DNA of 64,000 nt from Vicugna vicugna (Eukaryota). The stretch lies in assembly GCA_013265495.1 (NCBI GenBank), contig MU058198.1:3174419-3238418 (forward strand), given 5' to 3'. The notes beneath the pieces were generated by a model. That model saw only the letters and a program-made list of their open reading frames with translations, made no database searches and was not told the origin of the DNA. Positions 1 to 13,290 of the stretch are shown piece by piece (positions within the stretch are counted from its first letter, which is position 1; each line of letters opens with the position of its first letter). A program made the position numbers and the translations under genes.

Positions 1-145
1 AGAGGACCGGAGAGTTAATAGTTTAAGCTTTGTGGGCCACAAACTTCTCATATTCTTTTTTTAATAACTCTTTAAAAACATAAAAACCATTCTGAGCCTG
101 AGGGCCATACAGAAACAGGCTGGATTTCAAAATTTATAGTTCCTT
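1..145. mobile_element. hAT DNA transposon fragment, MER58B-like
   Basis: ggctttgtgggccac...taaaaaccattct...gggccatacagaaacaggc resembles the recalled MER58B consensus. Confidence 0.55.
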
Positions 146-1229
146 GCAATAAATTAATAAGTTTATTGAACATAATAGCTGGTAATGCCCAAAATTCAGG
201 TACAACAACCTGAATGGGACCCATTTATTAATGATACTTACTTATTATTAACATTAAGATTCTACTTACTCCCCTCTTTTTTCAGTATTACTATGAACTC
301 ATGGATTTTTTATGCATTTAATATGTTTCAATTAATTGCATGCTTTTTAAAGACAGATGTTCAAATTGTCCCATCTTTGCCAGTGAGCATCCCTTCAAGG
401 AGGGACTGACTCCAGGCATCTTTGATACCTTCTTTTGCTTTCTGATAGGGTAAGACATCCCAGCCTCATCTTGTAAATTTCCGGCACCAAAACTGGTATC
501 AGCCGTTTCTCTAAGACGCCCTGGTTCCTTTTCATCAGGAATGGTATTTAGAGTCCAACATCCGGGTGTTCGGAATGCACATATTTGCATTTATGGATTG
601 AAATGGTGTCCAGGGTATGCCCTGGCCCCTGAAAAGACTCTGATGTGCCGACTTCAAAACTCTGCCCCACCGTCTTCAGCCTGGAATAGCGAGCCCCATC
701 GATGGCTCTGAACTGGCCAGGTGCTCCAGAACAAAGAGTCAGTCATGTTCTGGGGCGGCCCTAGCAGGGGCAGAAACATGAAAGATTTTTCAATAACCAG
801 AGTCAATCCATTTTCAGGTTAACCTTCAATTACCTATAAAAATCCAGCTACCCAGAACCTTTATCCCCTGATAACCTTGGATAATTGAAGTTTTGCTGCA
901 AAAATAAGTACAGGGGATTTTAATGAAAGCATCTGACCTGCAGTTTACAGGAATCACAAAGTCAAATGTCCACATACCCCAAAGCAGGGAGTTCAAAAAT
1001 GAGTGAAGTGGGCTAAGAAGATAAGGAATGGGGAGAATCGGGGTGAACCAGGGCACACAGGCTCCATCTTAGGGGGGCAGCTGCTAGTCAGTTCCAGGAG
1101 AATGCTGCCATTGTTGGGAACAATCATCAGACCTATCTGATTTTTCAAAAGTTGAAAAAAATTCTAGATTTTTTTTAAATGTGAACTCGCTTAATTTTGA
1201 GATGGCACTGGATTTAATTAAGTGCTTTG

Positions 1230-2800
1230 TTAAAACTTTATTTAGATGTAATTTTTGTACACTAAAATGCCTCCATGTCAAGTATAGCATTTGATGAGTT
1301 TTTACAAATGTATGCATCCAGTTAACACCATCTCACTCAAGATCACCTCCAAAAGTTTCCCTTATGTGTCTTTCTAATCAATCCTATTCACACCGGGCCC
1401 AGGGAACCACTGATCTTTTTTTTTGTCCGTATAGATACGTCTTTTCCAGGGCTTCATATAAAGGGAAACACGTAGTATACACATAGTATGTATGTTTTCA
1501 TGTCTAGCTTCTTTCACTCCACATAATGGCTTCTTTATATCCATTCATGTTGTTGCACGTATCAATAGTTGTTCATTTTATTGCTGAAGAGAATTCCATT
1601 GTATAGATATACTACAATTTGTTTATTTACCCACCTGCTGGTGGACACTTGGATTGTTTCCAGTTTGGGATTACTAATGAATAAGGCTGCTGTGAATATG
1701 TATGTGCGAGTCTTTGTGTGAACGTATGTTTTCAGTTCTTCTGGATAAATAAAAGTGGAGCTGCCAGGTCATATAAGTGTCCATTTAACTTTATGAGAAA
1801 CTGTCAAACTGTTTTCCAAAGTGACTAGTATTTTGCATTCCAACCAGTCACGTGGGGGAGTTTTAATTGCTCCACATTGTCACTAACACTAGATACTGTC
1901 AGTCCTCTGTGGGTGGGAAAGGTGTCTCATTGTGGTTTTTGATTTGCATTTCCCGAATGACTAACAATGCTGGCATCTTTTCACGTGCTTTTGAGCTATT
2001 CATGTATCTTCTTTTACGCAGTAGTTTTTTTTTTTTTAATATTTTTCCTTTTTTTTTTTTTTGATTGGGTTGTTTAGCTTATTATTGACTTGCAAGGATT
2101 CTTTATACATTCTGCACACAGATTCCACAGTATGGTTTGAAGAGCCTAAGATTTCATTTTAATGAAGTACAATGTATAAGAGTTTTTTTTTTTTCTTTTA
2201 TGATGCCTGATTTCAGTGTTCCATCTGAAAGATCTTTGCCCACCTCAGGATTGCACAGATTTTCTCCTGGACTTTCTTCCGGATGTTTTATAGTTTTAGC
2301 TCTTGTGCTTAGGTCTCTGATTCATTTCAAGTTAATTTTTGTATATAGTGTGAAGTAGGAGTTGAGATTCCTTTTTCTTATATCCAGATCTATTGTTCCA
2401 GCATGTTTTGTTGAAAGACAATCCTTTCTGTGTGAATTAGCTGGAGTCCTTTGTAAGGCTCTTTCTGGACTCTATTCTGTCCCATTGATTAATATGTCTA
2501 TTATCACATGAATAGCACACTGTTCTGATTATTGTACCTTCTTGTAAGTATTGATATCAGATCCTATATGTATGTCTTTCTACTTTGTTCTTCTTTTCCA
2601 AAAGTTTTTTTTTCTATCTTTGTTCTTCCAGATAATGCTTAGAATTAGCTTGTCAATTTCTGCAAAAAGTCTGCTGGGATTCTGATTGAGGTTGAATGAA
2701 CTCTAGAGCTTGATTTGAGGTGACTGGACATCTTAATATTAAATCTTCTGATCCACAAACATGCTACATCTCTACATTTATTTAGGGTTTCTTTAAATTA
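1230..2800 (-). mobile_element. Old L1 (L1M-type) 3' region, antisense, degenerate
   Basis: Typical antisense L1 3'UTR/ORF2 text (ccattcatgttgttgca, ggacacttggattgtttccagttt, tttgcatttccc-atgactaa, ttagaattagcttgtcaatttc); no intact ORF. Confidence 0.8.
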
Positions 2801-2982
2801 AAAAAACATTGTAAAGCCCCACTAAGGGCACCAAGACAATTAAAAAGGAGGAAAAATAGCCTTGGTGTTGGAACAAGGGGTTATTCTTATGCAAAAGAAT
2901 AAAATTGAATCCCTACTTCACACCATATACAAAAATTAATTCAAACTGGATCAAAGACCTACATATAAGAGCTAAAACTATG

Positions 2983-3138
2983 CCAGCATTTTATTTGTTT
3001 TTTGTTCATTTGTTTGTTTGGTTTTGGTGGGGGGAGGTAATTAGGTTTATTTACTTCTTAGAGGAGGTAGTGGGCATTGAACCCAGGACCTCATGCATGC
3101 TAAGCATGTGCTCTACCACTTGAGCTACACCTTCCCCC
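2983..3138 (-). mobile_element. tRNA-Ala-derived SINE (camelid Vic-1-like) with perfect 18-bp TSD, inserted into L1
   Basis: TSD ataagagctaaaactatg at 2965-2982 and 3139-3156; A/B-box tRNA head plus aaacctaattacctcccc tail. Confidence 0.9.
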
Positions 3139-4284
3139 ATAAGAGCTAAAACTATGAAAACTCTTAGAGTAAGTCATAGGAGTAAACCTTTATGACTTTG
3201 GATTGGGCAGTGAATTCTTAGCTATGACACCAAAGCATAAGCAACAAAAGAAATATAGACAAGTTAGGCACCAACAAAATCTAAAAACTTCTGTGCTTCA
3301 GAGGACACATCAGGAAAATGAAAAGATTCTGGAATCAATTCAAATAAATTACATTAAAATGTCAAAAAAAAAAAAGAAAGAAAATGAAAAGATAGCCCAC
3401 AGAATGGGAGAACATTTTTGCACACCCTGTGTCTGAAAATGGACTTGTGAGTAGAATATGTAAATAACTCTTACAACTTAATAATAATAAAAAGCCAAAT
3501 AACCCAGTTAAATAATAAGTAAATGGTCTGAATAGATATTTCTCAAAAGAAGATACATTGCGCATATAATGGATATAATGGCCCGTAAGCACATGAAAAG
3601 GTGCTTAGCATCATTAGCTATAAGGGAAATGCAAATCAAAACCAGAATAAGATGCCACTTCACACCTACTCGGGTGGCTATCGTAATTTTTTAAATGGAT
3701 AATAACAAGTGTTACGTTGTAGAGAAACTGGAATCCTCATGCACTGCTGGTGGAGTTGTGAAACAGTGCAGCTATTTTGGAAAACAGTCTGGCAGTCCTT
3801 CAAAAGATTAAACATGAATTGCCGTATGATCCAGTTGGTATATCCACGCTTAGGTACATACCCAAGAGCAATGAAAACGTTTGTCTGCACAAAAACGTGT
3901 ACATGATTGTTCATAGTGGTGTTATTCAAAACAGCCAAAAAGTGGAAACAATCCAAATGTCCATCAGTTGATGAATGAATTAAAAAAAAAAGAAGTGATA
4001 TATCCATAATATGGAATATTATTTGGCAATGGAAAGAAAGAAAGTACTGATACATGGTACAACATTATGAACCTTGAACACATGCTAAATGAAAGACCAG
4101 CCACGAAATGTATATAATGCATAATATACAGCTCTGTTTATACGAGCTGTCCAGAACAGACAATCTATAGAGACAAAAAATAGAGGTTGCCTGGGGTGGG
4201 AGGAGGGGAGAGGAAGGAGTGAGGAGTGACTGGTGATGGGTACAGTTTTTTGGGGGAAGATGAAAATGTTTTAAAGTATATGGT

Positions 4285-4440
4285 GGGGGGAGGGTATTGC
4301 TCAGTGGTAGAGTGTGTCCTTAGCATGCACAAGGTCCTGGGTTCAATCCCCAGTACTGCCATTAAATAAATAAATAAATCTGCAAATAAACCTAATTACC
4401 TCACCTCAAAATTAGAAATTAAAAAAAATTTTTAAAGAAA
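4285..4440 (+). mobile_element. tRNA-Ala-derived SINE (Vic-1-like)
   Basis: ggggagggtattgctcagtggtagag...cttagcatgc...ggttcaatccccag, then (aaat)n and cctaattacctc; degenerate TSD taaagtRtatgKtgg. Confidence 0.9.
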
Positions 4441-6234
4441 TAAAGTGTATGTTGGTAATGATTGAACAAGGCCATGAGTACGCTAAAATCCACTGAATCT
4501 ATCCTTTAAATGGATGAGTTATATAGTAGGTGAATTGTGTCTCAATAAAGTTGTTATTTACAAAAGGAAATTATCTTTTTAAAAATCCTGTGCTAACACC
4601 CAAAACAACAACAACAACAACAAAAACTTTTGCAAACCCAGTACAGCTCTTGGCTCATCCATTTGCAACCCCCTCATGCAGAAGGTTCAGAAGAACTGAC
4701 CGTGTTAATAGCACTGATGTGTCTTTTGTCAACATAATGAGTAGAGACACAAACTGGGCACCCAGTTACTGTGCCCCCAGGACACGGAGTCCGATCTCCG
4801 GAACAGTTTGTCTCTGAAAGTGAGCAGATGTTTTCTTTTCTAAGAAAACAGAAGCCGTTGTACACAGCATCAATTGTTTTTGCATTGGCTGCCAGGAATG
4901 TTTACCATGAGTTCCCGGCCAAAGTGTAGATAGTGATCTGGGACTCTCTGAAGCATGACGGTATCCACTCTGCCTGCGTCCATACCTGGACTCAATCTCC
5001 ACTTGGCTTGTTTGGGTTGGTTTAAGCTGTAAGCCGATTCAAACCTTTCTACACAAGCTGTGTATACATTCCAAACACAGACCGTCTATCACCTTGGCAG
5101 TGAAACCTGACAGGAACAACATAAACTTGTTTATAGCATTTATTGATTTTTACTTGGCTCATGGCCCACGGGACCAGACTTGCAGGAGGTAAGCAGTTCT
5201 CAACAAACGGTTATTTGCTGCCTGTGGTCGCAATTCTTGCTGCGTGTAACACTATGGTTTACTCAGTATTTTTCTTTAAGTCTTTCTCTCTCTCACTCTC
5301 TTTTTTTTTTTTTACCTAAGTGTATTTATGAACCTAAAGCTAAAGTCAGTAGTAGCTCTTGCCATAAATAGAAGATCCCTCTAAAAAATAAAGCCAGTGA
5401 AAACGGAAAATTGTTGATTCCCACCAGTTAACTATTGCATGACACGGCTCTGAGCCTGAGGCTTCATTGTTAAACTGGGAGATAAGCGGGGCTCAGATAG
5501 AAATTGAGGACCTGAGACTTTCTTCTTGACTGAATCAGAGTGATTAAATGAGAATGGAAGAGGGTAGATATCAAAGAGGCCCTTGGTCTATTTCTACCCC
5601 GACTATTTATTGGAGCCTGAAATGCATTCTTCATCTCTTGGGCCTTCGGCTGCTGGACTACACAAGACGGGCGAAGCCCCGGTCCTTTCCAAGTTTAAGG
5701 TTGTGGATAATAATGTGTAAGAATGAAATGACATATGAAGTCCTGTTCGTGGCTAGATCAAGGTAAACACTTGGTGCTTCAATGTTGCTCTTCTAGTTGT
5801 TTTTATTGTAATTATTATTACTTTATTATCCCAGAGCAGGGAATGAATCCTCTGGGGAAAGGTGGGGTTTGGGTTAGTCCGTGAATGTCTGTCCTATAGC
5901 CGTGATGGTCTGGACAGGCACTTGGAGCTCGATTTCCATCAGAAAGCAGAGGCAGTGGAGTTAGAGGGTTAAAGCTTTTAATATTTTGGCCAGGAAGCTG
6001 AGGGATGTTACTGGGTCAGAAAATTAGGTCAGGAGTGGAGGTGCCTGGGTATGTTTAAGATCTCTCTTTAAATATGAAGGTCTGGCATTCATTTTGCTGT
6101 TCGGTGGAGTTCCAGGCACTGTGCTAGGCTTGTTGGGAATTCAGAGCTGCTACCCTCAGGGAGCTTATGATCTCATGGGAGTGAGAAGCCACAGGACAAG
6201 AAACTATGACACAGAGTAGAACAAGGTGAATTTA

Positions 6235-6600
6235 TTTTTCTGTTGGTTGCAAATGACAGACATCCAGTCTGAATCAGCATAAGTAAGGAGGATAATTTAT
6301 TGGTTCTCATGTCTGATGAGTCTGGGAATAAATGGCTTCAGGAATGGCTGGATCCAGGTGTTCAAATGATATCATCAGAAATCTCTCTCTCCATCTTTTG
6401 CCTCTGCTTTCCCCTATGTTGGCCTTCTTAGGCAGTCTCCCCATCTGTGATGCCAAATACCACCAGCTTAGTAGTCTTAGCTAACAGGGAGGTCTCTTCC
6501 TCAGTTATTCCAGCATAAAGTACTGGAATTGAGTCCCAGTGGTCCAAACTGGGGTCATGAGACCCCACCTTGAGCTATGGATGGTAGTCTGCCTGGACAC
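6235..6600. mobile_element. Ancient MaLR LTR (MLT1-type)
   Basis: ggttgcaaatgacaga...aatttattgg...ggcttcaggaatggctggatccagg; similar degenerate copies near 11200-11650, 31285-31680 and 33690-34070. Confidence 0.55.
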
Positions 6601-7935
6601 TCACACCAGCTGAGACTGGGGGAGGGGTTCACCTGAGGAAACATCTGAGCAAGGGGAGAGGGTGCTGGGAAGCAGGTACTGCCCTGCCCACCACGGGGCT
6701 CCCAGAAAGGCAGAGGCTCTCAGAGGAGATCAGGGGTCATTTCAGCCAGGGAGTCAGGACAGCTTCACGAAAGAGGTGGCCTTTGGCCAACTGGGACCCC
6801 AGGAGAGAGCTGGGGTCCTCCTACAGAAGGTTCCTGGGAAGAAGGAAGGAGGAAAAAGGTATTTCCTGAGAAGCCTTCATGCTCCAGGCTCTGTGAGCAG
6901 ACAAGAACCCTGTCTGCTCATGCGGATGGGAAACGGAGTCTCAGAAAGCTTAGCCACTCCTCACCGACCTGCAGCCAGCCACCAGGGCTCTCACCCGACT
7001 CCAGTCCATCACCGAGCAGCTGGGGCGCTCTTTTCAGACCTCAGAGTGGACGGCATCCCACGTCCTCAACTCCACAGCTCTAGCTGTCTTGGGATTGAAA
7101 CCCAAATCCTTAACGTGGCCCCTGAGGCCCCACATGGTCCGGCTCTACTCACCTCCCCAGGCTTCCTCCCCCTCAGCCTCTGCTCCTGCCCCCCTACTCC
7201 TCTTCTGTCCTTAACTCAGCTTCTCCAAGGACCCTGGGGCTTGGTGGGGCTCCCCTTTGTTACAACAGTAGCTGACACTTAAGTGCCAGGCCTTTGTCCG
7301 CACTCTACATGTTTTTATTCAATCAGTCTTCACAGCAACCCTATGAGGTGGAGGCCATTGTTCCCCCATTTTACGAGACGGGGAAACTGAGGTCCTAAGA
7401 AAGTGATTTGCTCAAAGTCACGCAGCTGGAAAGTGGAAAAGCTCAGAGTCAAAGCCAGACGTTTGGCTCCAGAGTCCTCATTCTTAACCACCACCCTCTT
7501 CCACCTCTGAGATCTCAGGGTCCCAATCCTTCCTATCACACTTGGTAACTATGCATTTTTGATGGGTTATTTGATGGACATCTGTCTCAGCGCCAACAGC
7601 TAGTGACAGTGGAGTAATCCACCAAGCACATAGTCTGCTAGGCGCTGTGCTTAGCACTTTTTATGCCTCACCTAATTTCGGCCTGTCAGCAATCTTATAA
7701 AAATTTTATCCAGGTATCCCCATTTTGCCCTGGAGAATCTGAAGAGTTGAGAGTGTAAGTAACTTGTCTGATAAGCTGGAAATTCCCAGAAGGAAGAAAC
7801 TTTGTCCATTTTGCTCACCGTTGAGGCCAGAGGGGCTAATTCAGTGCCTGGCATACAGTCGGCACTCAGTAAATGCTTTGGGGTTGGTTGTATGGAAGGA
7901 TGGATGATAGATGGCAGGAAGGAAGGGACGGGTAG

Positions 7936-8367
<432 letters not shown>

Positions 8368-10744
8368 TAGGTGGTCCCTGGAGCAGGGCCGGTCTCAGCA
8401 GGGCTGCTTTGCTTTGCTTTTTGCTTTTCCCCTCTTCCTTCCATCTTCCCTTCCTTCCTTCCTTTTCCCCCCATTTCTCTCTCTCTCTCTCTCTCTGTCT
8501 TCTTCTTTGCTTTTATACCTTTGCAGCAAGTCAAATTCAAAATTTGTAACCCTCCTAGGTTTACAGAGAACCTCAAAAAATATCTGGTAGTCCCTGCCTT
8601 CCGGCCCATCAGTGCCTATTTATTGATTCAGTGTGTATTTACTGAGCATCTCCTATTGCCAGGCGCTGTTCTAGGCACAGGGATACGTCAGTGACTAAAA
8701 CAAGGGCCCTTGTCACAGCCTACCAGAGAAAACAGACACTAATCTTTTCCCCATAGGTACTGAATTCATTATAATTGCGGGGATTAAAAATATATATATA
8801 GAGAGAGAGAGAGAGAGAACAACCCTATGTCGAGTGCTTATGAAGTTCCAGGCAGTGCATTGAGTGTTCCTTGGGCAGTTCGTGTAATTCTAATCCACAC
8901 AACACCCTAGGAGTGGGCGGCACTGTGGTAGTTCACATGTCAGGAAATGGAAATTCAGAGAGGTGAGGGAACTTGCCCAGAGACACACAGTGAGCAACTG
9001 TGGGGTTTGAACCCAGGCCTGATCTGACCCCAGATCAGCTGTGTAACCACTTGATGGCAAGGCCTGTGAAGGGGACACCCAAGGGGGCCCAAACTAGTCA
9101 GGGCTGAGGAGAGGCAGAAGGTCAGTCAGAGAAAAGTGCCCCGAGAAATGAGTAGAAGTTAGCCAGACAGAGAGAAGAGAACGCCCAGGGGGAGGACACA
9201 GCGCGTGCCAAAGCCCTGGGGCAAGACGGAGCCTAGTGCCTGAACTGAAAGAAGAGTCAGCATGTCTGAGTCACAGGGAACACAGGGACCTTCTAGCCTA
9301 AAGAAGGTCCTAGACGCTAATTCACACTTCCTGCTGACATTTCCAGCCATCAGAAAGTCACTTCTTTCTAGTAATAGGGCTCCTCCTTGCTTGGGTGGGT
9401 CCTTGAAACTACTCCAGAAAACTCTTGATGATTATCGTAACAACACACTCTGCCCAAGCCTGCGTTCCAAGTGCTTTATACGCATCATCTCATTGAATCC
9501 TTCCAAAAGCCTTCTGTGGTAAATATTTTATTCCCCCCGTTTTTAGATGAGAGAACAGAGCCTCAGAGAGGTTCACTTGCCCAAGGTCACATAGGTATTA
9601 AGTGACATGTCAGAATTCAAACCCAGAGCCCATGAATTCAAACCCAGAACTTCCCGAGCTCCTCAGCAACTGTGGCCGTCTCGGCTGTCATGGCAGCCCC
9701 CACCCCGCAGCCCACCACCTTTCCCCATCCTCCTCTCCCTGTGTGCACGTGGGTAGCTGATGTGATGGTCAGGGGACAGCCGGTGTCAGCACCTGAGGCC
9801 CGTGTCAGCTCTGGGTGCTGTACACCTTTGTACCAGGACCAGAGTTTAAGTGCCCTCTCCTGCAGGAAGTCCTCCAGCCAGAGCTGACATACACGCCCTG
9901 GAGACCACACTTTGGGGCAGGGTCTTGAGTAAATCGGGTGTGGGGTGACTGGGGTGCAAGGCCAGGGGCCCCCACCCAGGGCCTGGTGGGGCCACATTTC
10001 TACCAGACTGACTGGTCACTTTTTCCGATATGGGAGCCTCAGGGGCTGGGACAAGATACTGGAGCACAACCCCGCAGTCCCGTCCACCTTGGCCCTCCTG
10101 AAACTGGCTTCTGTCCTCCAAATCGCTGCTGGAGAATTAGGATCTTAGGATCACAGACATGCCCCTCCCCTCTACATTTTCCATCCCTCCTGGGAGGGAG
10201 ACGTCAGGGCCCTGGGCACACAGAACACACCTACTGGAGCCCACCAAACCCAGGTTCCAATCTCCACTCTGCCCCTCGTCAGTGGGGTGAGCTCGGGAAA
10301 TCACAGCCACTCCCAGAGTTTCTTTATCGATGTGTGGGATGATCACAGAACTGTGGCAAAGATTAAATAAAATGAGACGTAGGGAGCACCTAGCCCCTGG
10401 CACACGGCAAGTGATCTAGAACCATGAGCTCTTAAGATCCCTTCTCACTGGAATGTAAGTTTCTAAGGAAAGAGACCTGGTCCGTCGTGTTTGCTGTAAC
10501 ATCCCATGTACCTTGCACAGGACCTGGCACATAGTAGGTGCTCACCAAATACTTGATGAATGACTGAGTGGGTGAGTGGGTGGAAGGGTGCATGGATGAA
10601 TGGGTGGGTGGGTAGAGAGGTGGGTGCTGGGGGCGGGGACATTCTTCTCACATGTGGTGGCAGAGCTGGAGCAGGAGGGGATCCCAGACTGCAGTCGCTC
10701 TGCTTTGAAGCTGCCCCCCTGCCTGGGTCTCTCCCTCCATCCAG

Positions 10745-11021
10745 GTATTCCAAAGTCAAGCATTTGCTGAAGGACCTGGACGAACTGATGGAGGCAGTCC
10801 TGGAGAGGATCCTGGCTCCCGAACTCAGCCATATCAATGCCACCAGGCCCCTGAACTTCACCATCTGGAACCACACGCCTCTGGTCTTTATCGATGAGCA
10901 GAACCCCCACCAACCAGTAGTCCTTGACCTCTTTGGGGACAACCACAATGACTCAGCAAGCAGCAGCCTAGCACCTGGAAGGAGCTGCAGTGCCCACGCG
11001 TGCAAAGTGGCCATGAGACTA
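10745..11021 (+). CDS. SCNN1B: SCNN1B coding exon 2 (human exon 3)
   Basis: ccag|G TAT TCC... [23 protein letters not shown]...CKVAMRL|gtaagt; 277 nt. Confidence 0.97.
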
Positions 11022-13099
11022 GTAAGTGGGCCCTGGGCACAGGTCGAGCAAAGGGCCCTGTCCAGTAATACTGATGGGAATTTCTTTCCTTAAATAATCT
11101 GGGTCTTGCTGAGGGAAAGACTGCTGGAGCCACTGCCTATTTTGTATGTTTGCAGAGCTTTTTAAAAAATAGAAGTAGCTGGTATGTTATTCAGGACACT
11201 TTTGGATGCTAGTGACCCAGCTCGAACTAGCTTAAGCAAAACAGGGAATTCTTTAGTTCACATACTGAAAAGTCCAGGGGTGGATTGGGTTCAGGTGTGG
11301 CTGGATCCAGGTGATCAAATGCTGTCATCAGGACTCCATTTCTCCCCACCTTGGTTCAGCTTTTCTCTCAGTTGACTTCACTCTCTGGCAGGCTCTCTCC
11401 ACGCGGAGGGTCCTGGAAATACCAGATTTATATCCTACCAGCTTAGCACTCTCCCAGAAACAGAATTTTTTTTTTTTTTTTTTACCCAGTGGTCCCAGCA
11501 AAAGTCCTGGGACTGATCATCAGATTGCATGTCCTAAACCAATCACTGTGGACTAGAGGATGGGCTCTCATGATTGGCTGGCCCTGGATCATGTGTCCTG
11601 GAGCTGGGGGTGATGTCAGCCTCTAGGAGACCACACGGACTGAGCAAGGGTTGGGGAAGGCATGGCCCCCTGAAAGGCAAATTAACTCTTATCAAAAGAC
11701 AGGGGCATAAATATTGAACAGGTGAAAAACCACAGCCATGCAGTACAGTCATTAAATCAAAACTGGAATGCTGGGGTGCCCCCAAGCCTGCAAATGGGAA
11801 GAGGGGTCCCTGTCTGTATCTGTGGATCCCTTGCGGAGCTCTGTGACTGTACAGATCCCGGGGCCCCACTCCTGGGGAAGCTGAATGGGCAGCTCTGGGC
11901 CCAGGCCCAGGCATCTGTGTTGTTAATAGGCTCCCTGGTGATTCTGATAATCAGCCTTGGCTGGGGGCCCAGGCTGGGGCTGTACAAACCCCCTGGAAGG
12001 TGGCCACTGCCTCCCATGGCCCCAGCGTGGTCAGGACTTCCACAGCCCCAAACCCCCACCTTTCCACACAAACTAGCACAAAGCACAAGACTGCAGAGGC
12101 CCCTTGCCAGCTCTGACCCAACGCCCCACTGCTTTGGGGGACAGTTACCTGGCTGCCGGTGTCCTTCTCCTCATCTATAAAGCAGGCCGCTCCTCGTGGC
12201 TGCCCCAGCTTTCAGGGTCAGGCCGGTGCTGCGTGGGTGTGACGTGGGCTGGGCGTCTGCTCCCGTCACCCCCATGTAACCTTCCTGGGCCTCAGTGTCT
12301 TCACGATGATGGACTGGGGTTGGTGTGAGAACTGAATGGCATAATAGACCTGAAGTCCTAAGAACAGACTGAGCCTTAAATATTATCCTCACCTCCCTCG
12401 GAGGGGACGAGGACCTCCGGAACGGGCCCGAGGACAGTGCCCTGAGCTGGCCCATGAGGGCTGGCTCAGAACTGAGAAGCTTCTCCCTCAGGCCTCCTGG
12501 GCTCCCACGATGAGCGCCGATAGAGGCGGCGTGGCCGAGGCTGGAGTCCCGGGGTCTAGTTTGTTCATGGTGGACTGGCTGTGGCGAGGTGGCAGCTCAG
12601 GCTGCCGAGGCTTGGTTCTTCCCCAGCCAAGGGGGAAGTAGAACCTCGAGTCTTGAGTCCGCCATGGTCCACACGGCCTCCAGGGAGCTGCCTCTGGAAG
12701 TCTCAGGATGGGGCTGAGAAAGGAGTCGGGGGCATGGAGGCTCCGAGTGTGTCTGCTGTCCACGTGAGCGTGAACGTGGAGCCACTTGTGTGAATCTAGG
12801 TATAGGGATACACATGTGTGCCTGGTGGTGACCGCATGACATCGTATGGCTTCGGATGTCAGAAAGTCGGGTCTGTCTTGTGCACGTGTGTGCAGGTGTG
12901 TGTTTGCTCGTGCCTGAGGCTGTATGTGGGGGTGGCTGGCGCGGTGTGTGTGAGTCCTTGTGACCACACAGCCGTGTGACCCTGAGTGCAAACACATTCC
13001 CCTGTGGCCCAGCTGCTGGCGGCCCCAGCCCCCCAGTATGGCCAGGGGAGGGGCAGCTGGCAGCCCCGAGCCCACGGGAACCCCTCTTGGTCCCCACAG

Positions 13100-13290
13100 T
13101 GCAGCCGCGGTGGGACCTTGTGCACCTTCCGGAACTTCAGCAGCGCCACCCAGGCCGTGACAGAGTGGTACACCCTGCAGGCCACCAACATCTTCTCGCA
13201 GGTTCCGAGACGGGAGCTGGTGACGATGGGCTACTCGGGCGAGCAGCTGATCCTGGCCTGCCTGTTCGGGGCGGAGCCCTGCAGCTACAG
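13100..13290 (+). CDS. SCNN1B: SCNN1B coding exon 3 (human exon 4)
   Basis: cacag|[24 protein letters not shown]...[10 protein letters not shown](R)|gtgaga; 191 nt. Confidence 0.97.

Larger units (their letters stand above)
2830..4560 (+). mobile_element. Old L1 (L1MB-like) ORF2 3' end and 3'UTR, sense, interrupted by two SINEs
   Basis: Broken ORF2 C-terminal peptides (PYFTPYTKINSNWIKDL; HCWWSCETVQLFWKTVW; ELPYDP) and 3' end ...gtgaattgtgtctcaataaagttgtt. Confidence 0.85.

Noticed and set aside
727..754. Inverted AGAACA...TGTTCT resembling a glucocorticoid/mineralocorticoid response element
   Set aside because: Half-sites are 12 nt apart rather than the required 3.
4285..4362. tRNA-Ala-like gene (A box, AGC anticodon loop, B box)
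   Set aside because: Followed by a SINE tail and flanked by a TSD, with many diverged copies in the window; it is a SINE, not a tRNA gene.
6662..7282. 206-aa ORF (also 23314-23934, 53626-54219, 59431-59961 and similar)
   Set aside because: Mostly non-ATG starts, overlap degenerate L2/MIR-like or GC-rich intronic DNA, no domain signature or splice support.
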